Origin: Escherichia phage nepoznato
DNA: 64,000 nucleotides
Reading direction: 5' to 3' (one strand)
Sequence record: NC_052658.1
Position numbers and translations under genes: made by a program
The notes under the pieces: generated by a model
What the model was told of the DNA's origin: nothing
The model's database searches: none
Seen by the model: only the letters and a program-made list of their open reading frames with translations
Shown: positions 8,973 to 16,531 of the stretch, one piece after another
Numbering within the stretch: the first letter of the stretch is position 1
How the letters are laid out: each line of letters starts with the position of its first letter

Positions 8973-9214
8973 AATACTTGTTGGTTGTGTTTGAAAATAT
9001 CTGTTTTGCAATAGGGTTGTTTGTTGTAATTTTTGTATTGACAAGCGTAATCAACGGCAGTAAAGTGAGTTTATACCGAGATGGAGAGCAAATTTATTGC
9101 TTCTCTGGAGATTTCAAACACAGATGTATTAATAGTCAAAATGAGGAAAGCAAATATGAAAAAACTAGCCCTGATTTTAATTGGTTGTATCTTTTTAACA
9201 GCTTGCGAGGATGA
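8969..9214 (+). CDS. Hypothetical small membrane protein (uncertain; overlaps the lipoprotein start)
   Basis: N-terminal hydrophobic segment LLVVFENICFAIGLFVVIFVLTSV; overlaps the next gene. Confidence 0.3.
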   Translation: MKYLLVVFENICFAIGLFVVIFVLTSVINGSKVSLYRDGEQIYCFSGDFKHRCINSQNEESKYEKTSPDFNWLYLFNSLRG

Positions 9215-9593
9215 AACAAATCCTGCACAATACCAACAACCTCCTCAACAATACGCCCAACAAGGATCTGATGGAGATACAACTATTATCAACAATGGTG
9301 GCGGTTCTAGTAGTAGCGGTGTTGGTGAGTTTGCTACAGGTATGTTGTTAGGGCATATGATGAGCGGTGGTAGTAATCGTAGTGGCGGGGATTATAACGA
9401 TAACAGAACAATTATTAATAAACATTATAACACACCTAAACCGAAGACTAATTTTTATGGTAAGCCTAAACAAGAGACAAAAACTTATGAAAAGCCGAGA
9501 CAAACTTTTAAAACAAATAGTAGCTATACAACTCGTAAATCTTACAATAGCCCTTTAAGTAAAAAGAGTTCATCTCGTAGCAAGCGACGTTAA
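9156..9593 (+). CDS. Lipoprotein (signal peptide plus lipobox), Q/G/S-rich with a lysine-rich C-terminus
   Basis: MKKLALILIGCIFLTAC lipobox; GAGGA SD at 9143-9147; alternative ATG at 9141; low-complexity mature region. Confidence 0.55.
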   Translation: MKKLALILIGCIFLTACEDETNPAQYQQPPQQYAQQGSDGDTTIINNGGGSSSSGVGEFATGMLLGHMMSGGSNRSGGDYNDNRTIINKHYNTPKPKTNFYGKPKQETKTYEKPRQTFKTNSSYTTRKSYNSPLSKKSSSRSKRR

Positions 9594-9608
9594 TAAGGAG
9601 AAAAAACA

Positions 9609-10052
9609 ATGACAATTTCTATCCGTACTTCCATTACAGGTGTTAAAAGTTTGCCTAATGCTTTGCAAATTACACGCGCTTTGAGGGATACGTTCTCCGC
9701 TGTGGATGAGCATAAGATGCTTGATAATCTCTCAAATTGGCCTTATTTTCATTATTTTAAAAATGAAGACGACGAGTTTATAGATGCTGTTTCTTATGGT
9801 TATGATTTCGGTAAGGAGGTTTCTCCTGAAGAATTTGTAGCTATGGTGTTCCCAAACGGTTTGCCTACTCGCAGTAAACGTAAAAAAGGACCAAAAAACA
9901 AGAAACGTGCTACTAACAAAGCTACCATTTTCTTTACTGATGGCACACAATATACGATTAAAGATTTTGAAGAGGTATCTTATACAGCAGGTGGGAATCT
10001 TTCTTTCTACACCATCAAAAAAACAAAACCCTACGTTCAGCCATGTTTCTAA
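9609..10052 (+). CDS. Hypothetical protein
   Basis: ATG with GGAG SD; 147 aa; basic patch KRKKGPKNKKR. Confidence 0.45.
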   Translation: MTISIRTSITGVKSLPNALQITRALRDTFSAVDEHKMLDNLSNWPYFHYFKNEDDEFIDAVSYGYDFGKEVSPEEFVAMVFPNGLPTRSKRKKGPKNKKRATNKATIFFTDGTQYTIKDFEEVSYTAGGNLSFYTIKKTKPYVQPCF

Positions 10053-10206
10053 CATGATTGAAATGTTAGTAGAAGATATTGAAAGCGTGGCTGTGTTAGG
10101 TATGCATAAAAGCTTTTTAATTACAAATATTTCAGATTTCAGTGCACGTTTATCTGGCCCTGATTTTGAAGCCACGACCACGCATTTCACTTTTAAGGTG
10201 TAAGTT

Positions 10207-10797
10207 ATGCATACCGAGAGAGACTTGCAACTCTTGTGGTGGGAAGTGATGCAGGAAATAAAAGAAGATTTTCCTGTTTACTACAACATGTTACGTGAAG
10301 CAGGATATAAAGCTTGCGTTAGAAACAAAGTGAATAACTCTTTTGGTTGGTGCAATTACCGAGATAAGATTGTTGTTGTAAATTGGCACTTGCATAAGAA
10401 CTCCACAAGAGATATGATCGTGGATACAATGAAGCACGAAATTGCTCACGCTATTGATGGTTGTATGGGTAAGTTTAGTAGGCATGGTGCTCATTGGCAA
10501 AAACTGGCAGCAGAATTAGGGGCTAATCCTAAAGCCACTTCCAAAGAGCCGTTGAACCACGAATATAAATATGTTCTTGTTCTGGTAGATAGGTTTGCGA
10601 CAAGATGTGTTAGAGGTTATAATCGTAAACCTAATCGCATGTACCCAGGTAAGCAACCTAACATGTGGTTGAAATCAGATAAAGAAGGAACTGAAGGAAA
10701 ATTATGGTTGTATAAATGGGATGATTGGGTTAAAGTAGCTAAAGAGTACGGTGTTTCACCATATATAAGAGATGCAGAAGAGGAGAATGAAGAATGA
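10207..10797 (+). CDS. SprT-like zinc metalloprotease domain protein
   Basis: HEIAHAID (HExxH) in a SprT-like context, followed by ...HGAHW. Confidence 0.5.
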   Translation: MHTERDLQLLWWEVMQEIKEDFPVYYNMLREAGYKACVRNKVNNSFGWCNYRDKIVVVNWHLHKNSTRDMIVDTMKHEIAHAIDGCMGKFSRHGAHWQKLAAELGANPKATSKEPLNHEYKYVLVLVDRFATRCVRGYNRKPNRMYPGKQPNMWLKSDKEGTEGKLWLYKWDDWVKVAKEYGVSPYIRDAEEENEE

Positions 10798-11906
10798 CAA
10801 GTCCATTTTTAAAAGCAGCTACTGGTGGTCAGAAGAAGTCTGAAATGAGTGTATTCGCTGCAACAACAGATGCAAGTAAATCTGTATTCGCTCCAAGTGT
10901 GTTAGATGCCAGTCCTGTTTATGCACCAGCAGCACCGCAAGAAGTTCCAGTTTTGCCTGCTATGACCCGACAAGAGATCGAAGAGATTGGGGCAGAGGCA
11001 GGAACAACCTTGCGTTCCTTGAATGCCGAGGTATTAAAACATCAACGTAGTAATCAAGGCGATCAGATGAGTGAACGACTCACAGCTTTGATTAAACAGG
11101 CAAAACAACTTGATCCAAATTCTATTAAACAAAGCAAGGGTATTACTAAACTCATTAAAAAAGTTATGGGTATGAAAGAAGACCTGTTCGGGGAGTTTGA
11201 TAATGTTAATAACCGTATTGAAGAGTTGGTAAAGAACCTTCAAATGGATATTCGCAAAGAAGAAGATTCCTTGGTATATCTTGAAAAGCTACATCAAGCT
11301 ATTGGACAATATGCTGCAAGTTTGAACCGAGATATGCAGCTTCTAACAGCAACCTATGAAAAAGAAGAACAAGCTTTGGCTGCTCTTCCAGAAGATGCAG
11401 TAGAACAGCGACAAGTGATCCGAGATACTTTGGATCTTCTGGAGATTCGTATTGCAGATTTAAAAGCATTGCGCCTACTGTGTGTCCAAATGGGACCGCG
11501 TGTACAAGGTATGCAAAAAGTTTCTGCAAGCTTAATGCGATCTGCGCGTAACATAGTAAATAATGTTATTCCTGCTTACTCTGCTAACTTCTCAATGTAT
11601 ATCGAGAGTTTACGTCAAATGAAAGCAGCAGAGACGCAGAATAACGTTCTTGATGAATTTAACCTGGCAATTAAACTGGGTAGCGATCTTGCCACACAGA
11701 ATCAGATCGAAGCAGCAGCACTGGCTAACCGTCAAGTGTTGGATATTGAAACTCTGCGTCACGATCAGGAAAACTTGGTTAAGATGTTGGAAGAAACTAA
11801 CCGCATCAATACGGAAGCCCGTGCTGCTCGTGTTGATTATATTAATGAAGTTCAATCTCTGGAAGACGGGATGGTAGCTGCTGTGAAACGAGGGCTTGGT
11901 AAATGA
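10794..11906 (+). CDS. Coiled-coil protein, tentatively TelA-like (toxic anion resistance family)
   Basis: 370 aa, largely helical/coiled-coil; size and context (terC/terD neighbourhood) fit TelA; no diagnostic motif verified. Confidence 0.3.
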   Translation: MTSPFLKAATGGQKKSEMSVFAATTDASKSVFAPSVLDASPVYAPAAPQEVPVLPAMTRQEIEEIGAEAGTTLRSLNAEVLKHQRSNQGDQMSERLTALIKQAKQLDPNSIKQSKGITKLIKKVMGMKEDLFGEFDNVNNRIEELVKNLQMDIRKEEDSLVYLEKLHQAIGQYAASLNRDMQLLTATYEKEEQALAALPEDAVEQRQVIRDTLDLLEIRIADLKALRLLCVQMGPRVQGMQKVSASLMRSARNIVNNVIPAYSANFSMYIESLRQMKAAETQNNVLDEFNLAIKLGSDLATQNQIEAAALANRQVLDIETLRHDQENLVKMLEETNRINTEARAARVDYINEVQSLEDGMVAAVKRGLGK

Positions 11907-12100
11907 GAATCCGTATCTATATAATTGATGAAGACATTGGTGTCCGTTATGATGACGAAAAACGATTCGCACCGATGGGAGGCATATATCCCCCAAGTGT
12001 TCTAGCAGTTTGTCGTGATTGTTATATTTATGAAGGTTGTCGTAACTTCCGTAAATTCCAACTACTTGCAGATATTGACTTCAACGAGGAGGAGGAGTAA
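11903..12100 (+). CDS. Hypothetical small protein
   Basis: Start overlaps the upstream stop (translational coupling); 65 aa; acidic C-terminus. Confidence 0.4.
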   Translation: MRIRIYIIDEDIGVRYDDEKRFAPMGGIYPPSVLAVCRDCYIYEGCRNFRKFQLLADIDFNEEEE

Positions 12101-12271
12101 TGAAAATATTACGAGTGAATATTGAAACTGCTTGGTGTGGATGCAATGAGGTTGTGGATATCGAAATTGAAGATGATATGTCTCAAGAGGATATAGAAGA
12201 TCTTGCACACGAAACCTTTCAGGACTATTGTAATTACGGGTTTCATATTTTAGAGGAGGAAGAAGATGTTT
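12100..12271 (+). CDS. Hypothetical small acidic protein (57 aa, below the ORF-track cutoff)
   Basis: ATG at 12100 preceded by GGAGGAG; translation MKILRVNIETAWCGCNEVVDIEIEDD...; stop at 12269-12271. Confidence 0.4.
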
Positions 12272-12469
12272 AACTACGATAACGATCCTAATATTATCCA
12301 GTTAACCCGACAAGAACTGATCACAATCATTGAAGATGCTTTTATTGATGGTTGGAATACACAAGATAATGATTGGGGTGGACCCGAAGCTTTTCTGGAA
12401 CATCATAAAACGTATGGAGACTTTTGTGAAACCACTGTAGCTCTTGATAATCTGAAGGAGGGTTTGTAA
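12266..12469 (+). CDS. Hypothetical small protein
   Basis: GAGGAGGAAG SD; 67 aa. Confidence 0.4.
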   Translation: MFNYDNDPNIIQLTRQELITIIEDAFIDGWNTQDNDWGGPEAFLEHHKTYGDFCETTVALDNLKEGL

Positions 12470-13029
12470 TGGGTTGTTTTAGTTTTTTGTGTAAGGAATC
12501 TGGAAAAGCTGCCCTTTCTACTTCTTTCGACGGATCACCTTGTTATCTCTTTCTTTTGAAGGACGGTGTTGTTATTGAAGAGATGTATGGCAACTATGAT
12601 AGTTATGGTTGTGTTTTCTCTGGAAAGGAGGATGAAAATGGCGTTCGTGAACGGTTCGAATGGGCTATGGATTGGGGTAAGGTTTGTGATTTAATGCATT
12701 CCTCAAATCCAAGGGACGGTATTGCTATGGTGCTGGAAGAGTACTTTACAGGTGAAATCCCTACAGAACAATCTGACGGAGATCCTAATCAAGGTTGGGG
12801 TGATGGTGAAGAAGATCCAGATTGTTTTTTCAGCACAGAAAAGAATAAGTTTAAACGTGTTGACAACCCTTATCACAAAGTGCATAATACTCTCATTGAA
12901 ACAGAAGATGACAAGATGGAAATTGAAGAAGATCCTCTTGTAACACTTCCTATAAGTGAGTTACAAAAGATCACTAAGGAAGCTTACGATTTGGGCTTCA
13001 AAATTGGTAGAGGAGGTATGCGTGTTTAG
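12469..13029 (+). CDS. Hypothetical acidic protein
   Basis: Start overlaps the upstream stop; 186 aa; very acidic C-terminal half. Confidence 0.45.
   Translation: MGCFSFLCKESGKAALSTSFDGSPCYLFLLKDGVVIEEMYGNYDSYGCVFSGKEDENGVRERFEWAMDWGKVCDLMHSSNPRDGIAMVLEEYFTGEIPTEQSDGDPNQGWGDGEEDPDCFFSTEKNKFKRVDNPYHKVHNTLIETEDDKMEIEEDPLVTLPISELQKITKEAYDLGFKIGRGGMRV
12860..12888 (+). promoter_or_regulatory. Sigma70-like promoter (inside the 12469 gene) ahead of the first Ter cassette
   Basis: TTGACA (12860-12865), 17 nt spacer, CATAAT (12883-12888). Confidence 0.45.
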
Positions 13030-13300
13030 ATTCAATATTCAAGAAGAAAAGTGTCAGGATTTACCTATTGCTTTCGAAGATCTTGGCATAGGGGCCACAT
13101 TCATGTATTATGATGCCTATGAAGACGCAGGGTTGGATACATACCGTAACTTGGTGTTCATTAAAAATTCCACAAACAGTGCGATCTGTATTAATGGATC
13201 ACTAGCACAACGAGGCTATACTCATTGCATCCCGCCAGATACAAATATGGTGGAAGTAGATTTAGAAGTTACCAACATTACACTTAAGAAGGAGAAATAA
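13022..13300 (+). CDS. Small protein, paralog A of a duplicated pair (cassette 1)
   Basis: GTG start with AGGAGG at 13011-13016; about 35-40% identical by eye to the 14322 protein (shared FxIxxxK, DLxxGxTFxY, GLD, VxLxVTxITLK). Confidence 0.5.
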   Translation: MFRFNIQEEKCQDLPIAFEDLGIGATFMYYDAYEDAGLDTYRNLVFIKNSTNSAICINGSLAQRGYTHCIPPDTNMVEVDLEVTNITLKKEK

Positions 13301-13301
13301 T

Positions 13302-14096
13302 ATGTCCGAGAAAATCAGCCTGAAAAAACGTCAAGAAAACCTTGCTTTCTCTCTGAAAAAGAATAAGAACCTGAATGAAGGTAAGATTGTTCTTCGTGTA
13401 GCATGTGCTCTAGATATTTCTGGTAGTATGCATGGTCTATATTCTAGTGGGGTAGTGAGTGATTTTGTAGGTAAACTGCTTCCTTTTGGTATGCTGTTCG
13501 ACGATAATCAACAAATTGATATGTGGGCCTTCAATACGAGTTCCCAAGAGCTTACTCCAGCAACAGCAGATGTTTACGATGACTATGTTGGTAAATGTAT
13601 GCGTAATGTTCGTATCGGAGGTGGAACAAATTACGCCCCTGTAATGGCGGATATCTACGATGAGTATTTTGGCACTGTTACTAAATATATTACCACTAAA
13701 CAAGTGGTACAAGAGGAGGCTCCAAAGAAAGGCTTCTTTAATCGTCTGCTTGGTAAAACTGAAACAGTGTCTGTAGAGCGTGAAAAAGTTGTAGCTGTAT
13801 CTGAACCAGGTGCTGACGTTACCCCTGGTGTTGTATTCTTCCAGACGGATGGTGAGAATGGTGATCCTAGTGCTGTTCGTCGTCTTATCGAAGAGAATAA
13901 GAATAAACCTATTTATTGGTTCATGGTTGGCGTTGGTAATGAGAAGTTCGGCTTCCTGAAAGAACTGGCAAATGCTTATGATAATGTTGGTTTTATTGGC
14001 ATTAAAGATTTAGACTTGACAGATTCAGAGCTTTATGACAAACTCTTATCTGAAGAGTTCGGAGAGTGGGTTGTTAAAGTAGGTGCTAAAAAATGA
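13302..14096 (+). CDS. vWA-domain protein with a TerD-type N-terminal ISLKK peptide (TerF/TerY-like)
   Basis: N-terminus MSEKISLKK...FSLKK, then vWA MIDAS motif LRVACALDISGSM (DxSxS). Confidence 0.55.
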   Translation: MSEKISLKKRQENLAFSLKKNKNLNEGKIVLRVACALDISGSMHGLYSSGVVSDFVGKLLPFGMLFDDNQQIDMWAFNTSSQELTPATADVYDDYVGKCMRNVRIGGGTNYAPVMADIYDEYFGTVTKYITTKQVVQEEAPKKGFFNRLLGKTETVSVEREKVVAVSEPGADVTPGVVFFQTDGENGDPSAVRRLIEENKNKPIYWFMVGVGNEKFGFLKELANAYDNVGFIGIKDLDLTDSELYDKLLSEEFGEWVVKVGAKK

Positions 14097-14341
14097 TCGA
14101 CGAGCTTGCCTCTCAAGTCATAGAAAATTATTGGCGCGAGAGAGAAGCTTTCATTATGCGCAGTCTCAAAGAGTATTTCATTGGGACTGTGCGAATGGAA
14201 GATATTGTAAGTAGAGTAGAGATTCATGTATGGCCCGATTATGAAGAATGGGTTGACAAAGAAAATGAAAATGCTATAATTCTTCGTATATACAAACCGG
14301 AGATAACATTAGGAGGAAGAAGTGTTAAACTTCGAAATTGA
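14093..14341 (+). CDS. Hypothetical small protein
   Basis: Start overlaps the upstream stop; 82 aa; contains the next cassette's promoter. Confidence 0.35.
   Translation: MIDELASQVIENYWREREAFIMRSLKEYFIGTVRMEDIVSRVEIHVWPDYEEWVDKENENAIILRIYKPEITLGGRSVKLRN
14253..14280 (+). promoter_or_regulatory. Near-consensus sigma70 promoter ahead of the second Ter cassette
   Basis: TTGACA (14253-14258), 16 nt spacer, TATAAT (14275-14280). Confidence 0.55.
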
Positions 14342-14591
14342 TGAGCAAAAAGTAAATAAACGATGCCTTACCATTAAAGATTTGGATGTAGGAGATACTT
14401 TCGTCTATGAAAATGCATTTGACGAAAATGGTTTAGACCTTAGTGAAATCATTGTTTATTTAAAAGTAGATGATGGGGAAAATGATTGTTCTGCTGTAGA
14501 ACTAAACCATCATGCACAATTAGTATCAATCCAAAACACATCTAAGCTTTTGGAAGTAGAATTGACTGTAACTGGTATTACACTTAAATAA
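14322..14591 (+). CDS. Small protein, paralog B of the duplicated pair (cassette 2)
   Basis: GTG start with AGGAGG at 14311-14316; paralogous to the 13022 protein. Confidence 0.5.
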   Translation: MLNFEIDEQKVNKRCLTIKDLDVGDTFVYENAFDENGLDLSEIIVYLKVDDGENDCSAVELNHHAQLVSIQNTSKLLEVELTVTGITLK

Positions 14592-14606
14592 TAGAGGAGA
14601 CAAAAG

Positions 14607-15209
14607 ATGACTGATAAAATTTCCCTGAAAAAAGGCTCTAGCGAAAAAATTTCCCTGAAGAAAGTTGCTCCGGCTCTGAAAGAACTGCGCCTGGAATTCT
14701 CTTGGAAATCTGATTCTAAACTGGATCTGGATGTAAGTGCACTGGTTTGTCGTCACAATGCCGCTGGCAATCCTGAAATGCTGTCTGCACGTCACCTGGT
14801 TTGCTATGCTAACAAGTTTGATCCTGAACGTTCTACCTTCGCTGGTGACGATGTTCGTGATGGAACTGGCAGCATGGAGCAGATTGATATTACTCTGGCT
14901 AAAATCTCTCCTGATGCACAAGAGATTGCCTTTGTTCTGACCATTGATGATGATACAGGTCTGAAACGTTTTGGTCATGCTTCTGAAGGTATGCTTAAAA
15001 TCTTTGACTCCGAGCGCAATGTGGAAATTCTGGATTTTGACTTCCTGGCTCCTGAAGTAGCTGGCAACACAATCTGCCACGTGGCTTCCTTGGTTCGTGA
15101 AGATGGGGAATGGAAGCTGAAAGCATATGGTGTAGGTAAAGCTGGTCTGGATATTTGTGATGTGGTCATGGCCTTCGGTGGTAAAAAAGAATGGTATGAA
15201 TGTCCATAA
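14607..15209 (+). CDS. terD: TerD-domain protein
   Basis: N-terminal double repeat KISLKKG...KISLKK, then TerD-family motifs DLDVSAL, GDDVRDGTGS, EWKLKAYGVGKAG; codon usage strongly biased to CTG/CGT/GGT. Confidence 0.8.
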   Translation: MTDKISLKKGSSEKISLKKVAPALKELRLEFSWKSDSKLDLDVSALVCRHNAAGNPEMLSARHLVCYANKFDPERSTFAGDDVRDGTGSMEQIDITLAKISPDAQEIAFVLTIDDDTGLKRFGHASEGMLKIFDSERNVEILDFDFLAPEVAGNTICHVASLVREDGEWKLKAYGVGKAGLDICDVVMAFGGKKEWYECP

Positions 15210-15227
15210 TAATTAACAAATGATTTT

Positions 15228-15247
15228 GAGGGGGAGAAATCCCCCTC
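15228..15247 (+). terminator. Hairpin after terD (weak terminator)
   Basis: GAGGGGG/CCCCCTC stem; no strong T-tract. Confidence 0.35.
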
Positions 15248-15276
15248 TTGCAATAAAGCCTCTATCGTGTTATACT
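15248..15276 (+). promoter_or_regulatory. Sigma70-like promoter for the SleB-like gene
   Basis: TTGCAA (15248-15253), 17 nt spacer, TATACT (15271-15276); AAAGGAGG SD before the TTG start. Confidence 0.45.
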
Positions 15277-15308
15277 AGAAATTCGTTAACTTAAAAAGGA
15301 GGCAAAAT

Positions 15309-15830
15309 TTGCTGATAAAAAACTTTGTAACAGTTGCGTTACTATCCTTAACTGCTTTTACATTTACACCTGTTGTGGCGAAAGCCGAAGCTGCAAACGT
15401 AAAAACCGCTAAAGTAGTTCACAAATGTACAAAGCAATATAATGATAAAATTCTATTAGCTTGTGCAATTTACGCAGAAGGTCGCGGTCTGGGTAAAAAA
15501 GGAATGAATGCCGTTGGGAATGTGGTAATCAACAGAAGAAATGATACCTACTTCCCTAACACAGTCAGAGGAGTCTTGTTCCAGAAAGGACAATTCTCAT
15601 ATGCGAAAACTTTTAACGTAACAGAGAAAGATAAGTGGCAGGAAGCAAAAGCAATAGCGGAGCGTTTACTTTATCTAGAGAAACATTTTCCTGAATTGCG
15701 GTCTGTTTTAGATGTTACTAAAGGTGCTCTATACTTCAAGAAACGGAATATAAAGACACACTGGGAACGTGATATGCGTCTTGTTTATCGAGATAAAGTG
15801 CATGGTTTCTATCTACCAAAGGGGAGTTAA
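15309..15830 (+). CDS. Secreted cell-wall hydrolase, SleB-like
   Basis: Signal-peptide-like N-terminus (LLSLTAFTFTPVVAKA), then CAIYAEGRG...GMNAVGNVVINRR...TVRGVLFQKGQFSY typical of SleB/Hydrolase_2; TTG start. Confidence 0.6.
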   Translation: MLIKNFVTVALLSLTAFTFTPVVAKAEAANVKTAKVVHKCTKQYNDKILLACAIYAEGRGLGKKGMNAVGNVVINRRNDTYFPNTVRGVLFQKGQFSYAKTFNVTEKDKWQEAKAIAERLLYLEKHFPELRSVLDVTKGALYFKKRNIKTHWERDMRLVYRDKVHGFYLPKGS

Positions 15831-15831
15831 A

Positions 15832-16116
15832 ATGCAAGAAGATAATACTGTTGTTGTAGCAAGTTACCTGGTTGTCGGTCTTACCGAAGAGGATGTATAC
15901 TACACCCGTAAGCATTTAGAAGCATACGCTACTTTGTTTATGGAAGATGAAAAGGATGTAGATAAATATAGCATTGATATGATCAACGACAGTATTTATC
16001 CTTGTATGGTTCTTAAAGTAGATGCTGTGTTGTGGGAGCGTTTTGCAAGGACTCATGATGCTGTAGAATGCTCCGCAGTAATGTCTCAAAACAACATTTT
16101 AGGGGAGATTCATTGA
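15832..16116 (+). CDS. Hypothetical protein
   Basis: ATG at 15832 with GGGGAG SD; the listed ORF begins earlier, inside the preceding gene. Confidence 0.4.
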   Translation: MQEDNTVVVASYLVVGLTEEDVYYTRKHLEAYATLFMEDEKDVDKYSIDMINDSIYPCMVLKVDAVLWERFARTHDAVECSAVMSQNNILGEIH

Positions 16117-16346
16117 TGGGAGAAGTCATTGAAGTCAATTTTCGCACTAAACAGAAAGTGCAAAAATATGTCGTTATTAAAAACATTTGCGTTGTCTGCT
16201 TCAATACAGTAATATACGACTCACGACGCGGAGAAAACGAAAATGAACCTTACATTGAAATTTCTAAGAACAAAGGTCAATGTATTTGTAAGAACTGTGC
16301 AGTAGCTATTAAGGAGGTTGTAAATGAAAACGCTTGGGACCAATGA
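16116..16346 (+). CDS. Hypothetical small Zn-ribbon-like protein
   Basis: ATG overlapping the upstream TGA; cysteine pairs CVVCF...CICKNC. Confidence 0.4.
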   Translation: MGEVIEVNFRTKQKVQKYVVIKNICVVCFNTVIYDSRRGENENEPYIEISKNKGQCICKNCAVAIKEVVNENAWDQ

Positions 16347-16515
16347 AACTGGCGAAATCTCTCTTCAAGAAGTGACAAACGACAAACTGATTAAGCTACG
16401 AGACGTAGCTCGTGACCATCTTCAAGAATCTTTTAAAGAATACATGGAAGCACGAGATCGTGTCATCCAAATCCAACAGGAAATGATTAAACGTGGGATT
16501 GTAGCCGACAGTTAA
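16324..16515 (+). CDS. Hypothetical small protein
   Basis: AGGAGG SD; 63 aa. Confidence 0.35.
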   Translation: MKTLGTNETGEISLQEVTNDKLIKLRDVARDHLQESFKEYMEARDRVIQIQQEMIKRGIVADS

Positions 16516-16531
16516 TATAACGGAGGGGAGA

